This document shows, in pieces, positions 50,310-59,397 of a stretch of 64,000 nt of DNA. Below the pieces are notes generated by a model. That model did no database searches. It was not told where the DNA came from and was given only the letters and a program-made list of their open reading frames with translations. The translations under genes were made by a program, and so were the position numbers. The DNA is from Candidatus Bathyarchaeota archaeon (GTDB lineage Archaea; Thermoproteota; Bathyarchaeia; Bathyarchaeales; Bathycorpusculaceae). The stretch covers positions 96,001-160,000 of the forward strand of contig CAWAKC010000007.1 in assembly GCA_963782525.1 (NCBI GenBank). The letters are read 5' to 3'. Within the stretch, counting starts at the first letter, position 1, and the number at the start of each line of letters is the position of its first letter.

Positions 50310-53036
50310 GTCAGCTGTGGATTCTGCGATTGGTGTTGCTGCTGGTGTGGATGCTGGAGCATCATTGACCGCTAAGTAGGTTGATGCACTTGATGGACCG
50401 TATGCTGCTGAGCCTGCGAAGTTTGCGATGATTTGGTATGTGCCTGGAACTTGTGGTGTGTATTTCAAACCAAAGTTACCGTTGCTGTCGCTGGTGACTG
50501 TGCCTATGTCGATGATGTTTCCGTTGGGGTCGATTGTTGTTAGGCTGACTGGGACACCGGTTGCGTTTGTTGGCTTTGGTCGGTCATGGAACATGTATTC
50601 CATCCAAGCATCCATCGAAGCATCGCCTATGGCTGGAGTGCCCTTGAGTGAAAAGTCAAGGTTTCCGGTTATAGTGCGGCGTCCTGAGGCTGTTTGGTCT
50701 GTTACTGTTCCAGTGATCATAACGCTGTTTCCTAAGGTTGGGACTGTTTGTGGTGTTAAGACTGTGGTTCCGCTTGGACCTTTACCGAAGCAGTAGATTT
50801 GGTTGTCGTGTGAATCTACACCGACAAGTCGTCCGTCTGCTAGGATTGGGGCTACACTTGGCCAGTTGGTCAGCATCCAGACTAGTTTGCCGCTAGTTAC
50901 GTTGACGTCCCAAAGCTGTGCGTCACGTCGGATTGGGTTGTTGACTGAGTGCTCGGTAGAGTAGAGGTATAGTTGCCCGTCACCTGATAGTGCTGCTAGG
51001 TAGGTTGGTGTGTATTGGTAGGATGTTTCGTCTAAGCCTACTGATGGAGCTGTCCAGTTCCACAGGAACGTTCCAGTCCGTGCATCGAACGCTCGGACGA
51101 CACCGGCATATCCACCACAGTCAATAAATTGACCGTTGTAGAATACGACTGCGCCCATTCCGTAGAATGCGAATTGTTCTGCTTGGGGTGCTGTCCACAG
51201 TAGGTTTCCTGTTGCAAGGTCATAGATGTAGTATTCTCTGTTCATTGGGTCCTGGTAGTAGAAGACATCTGCTTGTATGTTGACACCGCCGAATGATACG
51301 TCTTTGCCACTGAATTGTTCGCTTTGACCGTATGCGTCACCGACACCTTGTGGAGCTGTAAAGTTGTAGCTGTACAAGATATTTCCAATACTACCTTGTT
51401 TAAGGCTAATGTCTACAACCATGCCTGGAGTGCTTAGTGTGCCGTTGTTATAGCCTGCATAGATTATGACCATTTGGTCGTCAGGGATGATTTGGCGGAT
51501 TGCGTTGATGGATGTGCCTGTCATTGTAAGGCCTGATAGGCTTTGGTTTACCGATAGACCGTAGGTTCCGTCGTATGTCTGGTTGAAGTTGGGTCTCCAT
51601 AGCCAGTTGGTGTTGGTGCCTGAGCCGGAGTTAGTGATGACGTAGAATGGGTACATGATTGCCTGTGTTGTGTTCCAGCATTGTAGGTACCATGAAGGTG
51701 ATGTAGATGAACCTAAGTTAACTATGTTATATCTTAGTATGCTTCCATCTACGCCTACTGCTGAAGTACCAGTTGCACCTTGGGTTACGGTTCTACCGTC
51801 AGTTGCTTTTGAGGTCCATGTTACGTTGTCGATTGCGCAGATGCGTTGGTTGGTGAAGTCATCATACATTTCCCACTTGTTGCTTGTGTAAGATGCTGTT
51901 AGACCAGTGCTGTATGTTCCTCCTGGAGTGCTTGTGACCCAGTAGTAACCGATTTCACCGTGTTGGTTAGGAGAGTCAAAGGTAAGAACTTGACCGAATG
52001 CTGGTGCACCGACCGGTACGTTACCGGTACTTGTCTGTCCGGAGCCTACACCGACGACTGGACCTGTTGTGTTTGCCCAGTAGAGTGTTTCTCCAGTGTA
52101 TAGGTCAGTTTCGTAAAAGCCTTCGCGTGGGTTAGTCTGTGAGCTGTAGTAGATTTTGCCGTTTAGGACGAATTGTGGTCCACCGAAGTTTTCGTATGAT
52201 TGGCCGCTGTAGTAGGATTCATCTGGGCTTGATGCGTTGATTGTTGAGACACCGCCTGCGAGTCCACCGTCAAACCATGGTTTTGTCCATAGAATGTGTG
52301 AACTTGCTGGTCCTTGCGTGTATGGGTTGTATCTGCCGTTGTTGCCGTATTGTGCGAGTTCATTAGCTCCTAGCCATTGACCCATCAATACCTGAGCCAT
52401 GCCTCTGTTAGTATCGTAAACAGGACGTGTCCAGTAGTCAGTAGTGACTGGAGTTTCAATGTAGTGTGGTACTGGATCGTTGGTCACTGTCAATACTTGG
52501 TATTGGCTGTAAGCTTCTTCGAAGACTACGCCGACTGCTTTCCATCCTGCAGGGGTGGCAGTTGTGGCGGGAGGTTGACCTGATGGCCACCAACCTGCTC
52601 CTCTTGTAGAGAAGAAGGGCGGAAGTGCACCTCTGCTTGCGCCGCCGTCAATTACGTGTCTTTGCATATAGACTTGGACTACGTATGTGCCGGTTGTTTC
52701 GGGTGTGTAGTAGGTGTATGCTGCGCCGACTGGGTCGGATTGGATGTTTGTAATTGTGTCGTTGGTTCCGTCTGGTTTAATGATGTTAACATCAAAGGTC
52801 CAGCGGTCACCGTATTCTCCTAAGGCTGTTGGGGGTAATTTGTCGCACCAGAAAGTAAAGATTGATGATTGTCCTACGCCGATTGTGTTTGGTGACAGCG
52901 AAAGGTAAACCATGTCTTTATAGAAGTTCATATAAGCTGTTGTAGCCTGTGTTGTTTGAGCGATAGAGCAAACAATTGCTAACATTAGAACTATTGCAAA
53001 TATCGAGGCTATTTTTTTCTTTTGAAGTATTTTCAT
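50220..53036 (-). CDS. Large secreted, anchored PQQ-like beta-propeller surface protein (paralog 4)
   Basis: Start MKILQKKK at 53036. YYSGQSYE, FDSPNQHG, EHSV, WMEYMFH and ADQYFVP-TM-RKK. Confidence 0.88.
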   Translation of the reverse strand: MKILQKKKIASIFAIVLMLAIVCSIAQTTQATTAYMNFYKDMVYLSLSPNTIGVGQSSIFTFWCDKLPPTALGEYGDRWTFDVNIIKPDGTNDTITNIQSDPVGAAYTYYTPETTGTYVVQVYMQRHVIDGGASRGALPPFFSTRGAGWWPSGQPPATTATPAGWKAVGVVFEEAYSQYQVLTVTNDPVPHYIETPVTTDYWTRPVYDTNRGMAQVLMGQWLGANELAQYGNNGRYNPYTQGPASSHILWTKPWFDGGLAGGVSTINASSPDESYYSGQSYENFGGPQFVLNGKIYYSSQTNPREGFYETDLYTGETLYWANTTGPVVGVGSGQTSTGNVPVGAPAFGQVLTFDSPNQHGEIGYYWVTSTPGGTYSTGLTASYTSNKWEMYDDFTNQRICAIDNVTWTSKATDGRTVTQGATGTSAVGVDGSILRYNIVNLGSSTSPSWYLQCWNTTQAIMYPFYVITNSGSGTNTNWLWRPNFNQTYDGTYGLSVNQSLSGLTMTGTSINAIRQIIPDDQMVIIYAGYNNGTLSTPGMVVDISLKQGSIGNILYSYNFTAPQGVGDAYGQSEQFSGKDVSFGGVNIQADVFYYQDPMNREYYIYDLATGNLLWTAPQAEQFAFYGMGAVVFYNGQFIDCGGYAGVVRAFDARTGTFLWNWTAPSVGLDETSYQYTPTYLAALSGDGQLYLYSTEHSVNNPIRRDAQLWDVNVTSGKLVWMLTNWPSVAPILADGRLVGVDSHDNQIYCFGKGPSGTTVLTPQTVPTLGNSVMITGTVTDQTASGRRTITGNLDFSLKGTPAIGDASMDAWMEYMFHDRPKPTNATGVPVSLTTIDPNGNIIDIGTVTSDSNGNFGLKYTPQVPGTYQIIANFAGSAAYGPSSASTYLAVNDAPASTPAATPIAESTADQYFVPAIAGLFVLIIIVAIVLALLMLRKK

Positions 53037-53075
53037 ATTTTTTCTTTCCTTTAAATTTTTTCTTTCCTTTTTTCT

Positions 53076-53141
53076 GAGCAAGAAGCTATTAAGGGATAGC
53101 CCCTACTCGGAGGTAGCTCCTATTCTCGGAATGCTTATAAA
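53076..53141 (-). promoter_or_regulatory. TATA box plus 5'-leader stem-loop of paralog 4
   Basis: TTTATAAG at 53141-53134. GAGUAGGGGCUAU-loop-AUAGCUUCUUGCUC hairpin at 53108-53076. Confidence 0.7.
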
Positions 53142-53363
53142 TTTTATGGGAGTTACACATGGTATTTGAAGCATAAATAAGGTAGTTTTTTTAGATAGCT
53201 ACCTAATTTTTCGCCGAATTAAATTCTAATAAAAGCAATAATACACGATATATTTCTTATGATACATTAGTTAAACTCTGAGAACAATTCAGGGTGATAA
53301 TAGTTCATTATCCAAAAAAAATTAAAAAAAATAAAAAGAAAATTTGTTTTGTTTGTGCTTTGT

Positions 53364-56111
53364 TTATGCTCGTTTTCTTAGAAGCAGTATGTTTGCAACG
53401 CCGACTAAGACTATCACAATGATGATAGCGATTATGCCAGGCACGATGTATGTGTCAGCTACAGATTGTGCGAGTGACGTTGGAGCGGGGGTTGATGATG
53501 GTCCATTCGCAACTGTTAGGTAGGTTGTTGAAGATGATGGCCCGTATGAGGCAGAGCCTGCGAAAGTAGCGATGATTTGGTATTTGCCAGGAACTTCTGG
53601 AGTGTAAGATAAGCCATAATTTCCATATTTGTCGCTTGTTGTATTGCCTACGTTGACTAGGTTACCATTGGGGTCAACTGCTGTTAGGGTAACTGGTACA
53701 CCGGTTGCGTTTGCTGGCATTGGTCTGTCGTGGAACATGTATTCCATCCAAGCATCCATCGAAGCATCTGAAATTGCAGGGGTGCCTTTGAGGGCTGTGT
53801 CTAAGTCGCCGTTGATGTTGTGTTTGCCTGATGGTGATTGGTCGGTAACTGTGCCTGTGATTGTTACTTGTGCTCCTAGTACTGGTGCAAGTTGTGGTGC
53901 TGAAACTGTAGTTGCGCTTGGTCCTCTACCGAGGCAGTAGATTTGGTTGTCGTGGTTATCGAGGTAAAGTATACGGCTGTCAGACATCACAACTTTTGAA
54001 AGCCCGTTGTTTGCTGTGTTTGGATAAGCCATTAATCTCCAGACGAGTTCGCCTGTGTCTCCATCAATGCAGAAGATAGCTCCGTCGCGTCTAATCGGAG
54101 TGGTTTCTCCTGCCCATCCTGTTGATCCATGTAGGTAGATGAGGTCGCGTCCAGTTGCGTTGTTGTCGACGTAGAAGCATAAGCTGAGAGGTGTGTATGT
54201 TAGTCCTTGTCCTTCTAGGTTACCTAGTAGTGGTGCTGACCAGTTCCATAGGGATTCGCCTGTGAGTGCATCAAAGCAATGCATTTGTCCCATTGAGCCA
54301 ATAGTAAAGACTTTTCCGTTGTGAGCTGTGAGTGAGAATCCTTGGAATGCAAATTGGTTAGGTTCATTGTAAGTCCATAGTTGATTTCCTGTTGAGAGGC
54401 TGTAAACCCAGACATTGCCAGTTACTCTTTCAATGTACCAGAAGATGTTATTTTGTACGGATATTCCGAAGGATAATCCGCCGCCGTTTGTTGTGTTTGC
54501 ACCGACAGGGTCAGCTGCATATGGTGCGTTGAAAGTTACGCTCCAAGTTATGTTGCCCCATGTGCCGTCTTTTAAGCTGTAAGCCCATATAGAGCCAGGT
54601 GCATTTCCTCTCACGTCGTTTCGACCTGCTGTGCCAACTACTATTTCGTCACCAGGGAAAATATCGCGGACCAAAGCTGTTTCGTTGAAGACGGAGTTAC
54701 GTGGACCATATAAGCTTGCAACTGATATGTTCATTGTGTATCCGTTGTAGCCGTTGTAGATTGCGCCGGCAGTTGTTGTTGACATGCCTGGAACCAGGTT
54801 TCCGGGTGTGCCGGGTCTCCAGAACCAGTATGCGTTGTCGCCTGTGTCAATGTTTGGTACGTTTGATTTTCCATTAATGAGTGTTGCTGGGTAAGCTACT
54901 CCATATTGGCTTCTCCACCATACAGCTTGAGTTGAGTTCCAGATTTGCAAGTAATAGTTGGGTGTTTGCCCTGCTGGAGCTAAGTTGGCTATGTTGGCGT
55001 AGCAGATGCTACCGATTGAGTCTCTGAATTGTGTGCCGGTTGTGGATACGTTAGCGATTTTGCATATGGATTTTCCACTGTAAGCGTCAAACATTTCCCA
55101 AGCGGATAAGCCTGCGGCGTTAGTATTTCCTGCTGGTAATGTAACACCTGATGTTGCGTATAGGTAAGCGAAGCCTCCGTGTTGGTTGGGTGAGTCATAA
55201 TTTAGAACTTGGCCTAATGAGGGGATAGCCTGGGTACCGTCGGTATTGTTTACGTAGAAGAGCTGGTTGCCGGTGTATAGGTCGATGCAGTACCAACCGT
55301 ATCTTGGTGGGTGCTGGTCTGAATAGTAAGCTTTGCCTTCAAGGACGATCAATGGACTTGAGAAGCCTTCGTAAGCGATACCGTTGTAGTAGCCTGTGTC
55401 ATCGTATCCACCCATGATGCCTCCAACCCAGCTAGATGTGCTCCAGAGCACGTGGCTGCTTTCTGGACCTTCCTGGTTGGGGATGCCTCTTGACCTAAGT
55501 TGTGTTTCATAATAGGTTCCACCTAACCATTGACCCATGGCAACGTTGCCCCAACCTCTGTTAACGTCGTAGACTGGGCGTGTCCAGTAGTCTGTTGGAA
55601 GAGGTGTTTCTTGGTATGTTGGTATTGGATCTTGTTGTACGATGAAGGTGTTTGGTCTGCTTATGCTGGCGTTGTAGACGTTCCCGACGTTAGCGTTGCC
55701 AGTGTTGCCTGGGGCACCTGTTAAGGTGTCTCCTGGGAAACTGGCTTGGATTGTGTACGTTCCGACTTCGGTAGGCACGTATGTTATGAATGCGCCTCCA
55801 ACAGGGTCAGATGTGATTGGTCCTTTTGTTTCGTTGACTCCACTAGGCGATGTGATGGTTAGATAAAAGTCCCATCTGTCACCCATGGATCCACTTGCAG
55901 TCGGCGGATAAACGTTGAGGTACATCTCTATGAGTATGGTTTGGCCAACGCCTACGACGGGCTGACCTGGAAATACGTAGGTGTATGTGCTGTAGACTGT
56001 GTTTGGGTATGCTTTGGCAGGTTGCATTGTAAGCATCATTGCGAGAGAAGTCATCAATATTACGATTAAGGCAATTGAAATTGCCTTATTTTTATTTAAT
56101 ATATTTTGCAT
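53364..56111 (-). CDS. Large secreted, anchored PQQ-like beta-propeller surface protein (paralog 5)
   Basis: Start MQNILNK at 56111. YYNGIAYE, YDSPNQHGG, WMEYMFH and ADTYIVP-TM-RKRA. EHS replaced by GWAGET. Confidence 0.88.
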   Translation of the reverse strand: MQNILNKNKAISIALIVILMTSLAMMLTMQPAKAYPNTVYSTYTYVFPGQPVVGVGQTILIEMYLNVYPPTASGSMGDRWDFYLTITSPSGVNETKGPITSDPVGGAFITYVPTEVGTYTIQASFPGDTLTGAPGNTGNANVGNVYNASISRPNTFIVQQDPIPTYQETPLPTDYWTRPVYDVNRGWGNVAMGQWLGGTYYETQLRSRGIPNQEGPESSHVLWSTSSWVGGIMGGYDDTGYYNGIAYEGFSSPLIVLEGKAYYSDQHPPRYGWYCIDLYTGNQLFYVNNTDGTQAIPSLGQVLNYDSPNQHGGFAYLYATSGVTLPAGNTNAAGLSAWEMFDAYSGKSICKIANVSTTGTQFRDSIGSICYANIANLAPAGQTPNYYLQIWNSTQAVWWRSQYGVAYPATLINGKSNVPNIDTGDNAYWFWRPGTPGNLVPGMSTTTAGAIYNGYNGYTMNISVASLYGPRNSVFNETALVRDIFPGDEIVVGTAGRNDVRGNAPGSIWAYSLKDGTWGNITWSVTFNAPYAADPVGANTTNGGGLSFGISVQNNIFWYIERVTGNVWVYSLSTGNQLWTYNEPNQFAFQGFSLTAHNGKVFTIGSMGQMHCFDALTGESLWNWSAPLLGNLEGQGLTYTPLSLCFYVDNNATGRDLIYLHGSTGWAGETTPIRRDGAIFCIDGDTGELVWRLMAYPNTANNGLSKVVMSDSRILYLDNHDNQIYCLGRGPSATTVSAPQLAPVLGAQVTITGTVTDQSPSGKHNINGDLDTALKGTPAISDASMDAWMEYMFHDRPMPANATGVPVTLTAVDPNGNLVNVGNTTSDKYGNYGLSYTPEVPGKYQIIATFAGSASYGPSSSTTYLTVANGPSSTPAPTSLAQSVADTYIVPGIIAIIIVIVLVGVANILLLRKRA

Positions 56112-56138
56112 TTTTCTTTCCTCTTTTTTTGTTTTTGC

Positions 56139-56208
56139 GTTTGACAAAGATAGTGTTATTATGTATCCTGTCAAACCGTTAAGTAGGGTGCTTCGTTTAA
56201 TTTAAATA
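56139..56208 (-). promoter_or_regulatory. TATA box plus 5'-leader stem-loop of paralog 5
   Basis: TATTTAAATT at 56208-56199. GUUUGACAGGAUA-11 nt loop-UAUCUUUGUCAAAC at 56176-56139. Confidence 0.7.
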
Positions 56209-56303
56209 ACTTTGGTAAAATAAGACAAAAAATAAAAAAATCCCAAAAAAATTGACTATAGACCCATATTTATTAATTAAAAAAAAATAAAAAGGGAATT
56301 TTA

Positions 56304-59017
56304 TTAGGGTTTCTTTCTTAGAGCTAAGACTATTACGACTGCTGCGATTGCGATTGCTACGATTATTGCGACAGATACTGGGATTAGATATGTGTCAGCT
56401 ACAGATTGTGCTTGCACTATTGCTGTAGGTGCTGGTGTGGTTGGTTCTGAACCTATAGTTAGGTAGGTTGTTCCAAACGATGAGCCATAAGAGTTAGAGC
56501 CTTCGAAGGTAGCGATTATTTGGTATGTGCCTGGAACGTCTGGTTTGAAGGCTATGCCGTAGTTGCCTGCAGCGTCGCTTGTAGTGTCCCCGATGTGGAC
56601 GAGGTTGCCGTTGGGGTCGATTGTATCTAATCTAACTGGAACGCCTGTTGCGTTTGTGGGCATTGGTCTTTGATGGTACATATATTCCATCCAAGCATCC
56701 ATCGAAGCATCTGAGATTGCTGGAGTGCCTTTTAGTGCACGGTCTATGTCGCCGTTGATGTTTCTGCGTCCATACTGAGATTGGTCTGTCACTGTACCAG
56801 TAAGTTCAACAGTTGAGCCTAGAGGTGGAACTATTTGTGGTGCGGAAACTGTGGTAGCACTTGGGCCTTGACCAAAGCAGTAGATCATCTCGTCGTGGCT
56901 ATCTACCACTAAGAGTCGTCCGTCTGCTATGATTGGGGCTGAACTTGGCCAGTCAGTTAACATCCAAATCATCTTACCGTCGGTAACGTTTACGTCCCAA
57001 ATCTGTGCGTCACGTCGGATGGGGTTGTTGTTTGAGTGCTCGCTTGAGTAGAGGTATAGCTGTCCGTCGCCTGTAAGGAAGCCAAATGATGTTGGTGTGT
57101 ATTGGTATGGTGTTTCGTCTACGCCTACTGGTGGAGCGGTCCAGTTCCAAAGTGAGGTGCCTGTCTTTGCATCGAATGCTCTGACTACTCCTGCGTATCC
57201 ACCGCAATCGATGAATTCTCCCTTGTAACAGACTGCTGTTGCTCCGCCATAGAATTGGAATTGCTCTGCTGGTGGCGCTTTCCACGCTAAACTTCCGTCT
57301 GCGAGGTTGTAGATGAAGTAGGTTCTTGTCATTGCGTCATAGTACCAGAAAATGCCTTCCTGTATGCAAACGCTGCTGAAAGCTGTGTTTTTATTGCTGA
57401 ATTGCTCGGCTTGACCATATGCGTCGCCTACGTTTGCTGGAGCCGTGAAGTTGTAGTTGTAGAGCACTTGTCCTACGAACCCTGGCTTCAAGTTAAGTCC
57501 AACTACGCTGCCTGGAATACTGAGGGAGCCGTTGTTAGAGCCTGCGTAGATTATGACCATTTGGTCGTCTGGGATAACTTGGCGAACATTGATAGTGCTG
57601 AGAGATAGGGAGGGTATGCTTACGTTTGCTGAGTAGCCGTTTCTACCATCATACGTGTAGTTTAAATTGGGTCGCCACATCCAGTTTGAGTTGGTACCCG
57701 AAGTATCTTCGTGTGCAACGTATGATGCATACATGATTACTTGCGAAGTGTTCCAAACTTGGAGATACCATTGAGGTGCTGCGTTTGCCGGAGCCAAATT
57801 GACCAAGTTGTACCTTAGAATGCTGCCGTCTGGTCCGACTGCCGATGTTCCAGTGCCTCCTCTTACCGTACTGCGTCCGCCTATTGTATCAGTTGTTGTA
57901 ACGTTCGCTATGCTACATATATAATTGCCAGAGAAGTCATCGTACATTTCCCAAGTATTCGTCTTGCCAATTGGACTGGTTACCCAGTAGTAGCCTATGG
58001 TTCCGTGCTGGTTAGGATTGTCCTCTACTAGGACTTGCCCGAATGCTGGTGCACCAGAAGGTATGCTGCCTGTGCTTGAGAAGGATCCACCTGCGCCCGA
58101 AACTGCACTCGATGTATTGTTTCTGTAGTAGATTGTTTCTCCACTGTAAAGATCGCAACAGTACCAGCCCTCCTTCGGGTTAGTTCCTACAGCGTAGTAG
58201 AATTGGCCGTTAAGAATAATTGATGGACCGCCGTAGCTTTCGTATGATTGGCCACTGTAGTACGAGTTGTCGGGGCTTGAAGAATTAACAGTTGAGTAGC
58301 CGCCTGCGATTCCGCCGTTGAAGAAGGGTCTTGTCCACAGAACGTGTGAGCTTGATGGACCTTCAGTGTAGGGGTTGTATCTGCTGCTGCCGAACGTTGA
58401 AAGTTCATTTGCTGCTAAGTATTGACCCATTACGACTGGACCCCAGCCTCTGTTCGTGTCGTATACTGGTCGACTCCAGTAGTCTGTTGGAAGCGGAGTT
58501 TCTGTATATCTCGCCATTTGTTCCGTCGTCACTGTCAAAGTTTGTGTTTCGCTTAAGGCAGATTCAAAGACAACGCCGATTGGAGTCCATCCTTTGGGTA
58601 CATTGTTAGGATTAGGTGGTGAACCTGAAGGCCACCAACCAGCACCCTGAGGAGCAACTAAGCCTCTGCTTGCGCCGCCGTCGATAATACATTGTCGCAT
58701 AATAGCTTGAACGACGTATGTGCCAGTCTCTGTTGGAACATAGTTTGTATAGCCAGCGCCTACTGGGTCAGATACTACGCCTTTAATAGTATCGTTGGTT
58801 CCATCTGGTCTGATGATGTTGACGTCGAATGTGAAGCGGTCGCCGTATTCGCCTAGAGCTGTTGGCGGAAGTTTATCGCAGAAGAAACAAAAAAGACTGG
58901 TTTGACCAAGACCTATGGTGTTGGGAGCAATGGATAGGTACACCATGTCTTTGTAGAATCGTGCATATGCTGCATTGGCAGGTTGTGTGAAGTTTTTTTA
59001 TTATAGAATTTTTGCAT
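56304..59017 (-). pseudogene. PQQ-like beta-propeller surface protein paralog 6; signal-peptide core missing and frameshifted
   Basis: ATG at 59017 in the family start context gives MQKFYNKKT, out of frame with TQPANAAYARFYKDMVYLS (paralog 4: TTQATTAYMNFYKDMVYLS). No hydrophobic h-region between them. Body 56304-58946 is intact. Confidence 0.75.
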
Positions 59018-59043
59018 TTTTTTCTCTTTCCTTTTGTTTAATT

Positions 59044-59116
59044 CTGAGCAAGAATACTAACAAGTTATATACCCCTGCCCAGCAAAGATGGATATGACAG
59101 CAAGTTGCTTATTAAA
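59044..59116 (-). promoter_or_regulatory. TATA box plus 5'-leader stem-loop of paralog 6
   Basis: TTTAATAAG at 59116-59108. CUGGGCAGGGGUAU...GUAUUCUUGCUCAG hairpin at 59082-59044. Confidence 0.72.
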
Positions 59117-59397
59117 TTTTGGTGAAAACAATGATTTCAGTTTCATATTAAACATTTTTTGGTGGTTTAAGTGTCAAACCAACTATCAGTGCAACTGTTT
59201 GTAGGACTACCCTGAGAAGTGAGTAATTAGAAGGCAATTATTTCAATTTCAAACTGAGTGACAAACCAAAATTTGACCACTCCTCTTTAATTGCAAATTT
59301 ATCACCGTATGCGATTTTTCTCAATTATAACATATTTACGGAAACTTTATTACGTAATCGAGCAATTTTTACCAATACATTCAAGGAGAGACCGTCA

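Noticed and set aside
28957-59017. Calling the propeller proteins PQQ-dependent dehydrogenases or cytochromes
   Set aside because: Only generic Trp-docking blade motifs are visible. No conserved vicinal disulfide, no CxxCH and no pqq genes. The WYCC in paralog 6 aligns with WYCI in paralog 5.
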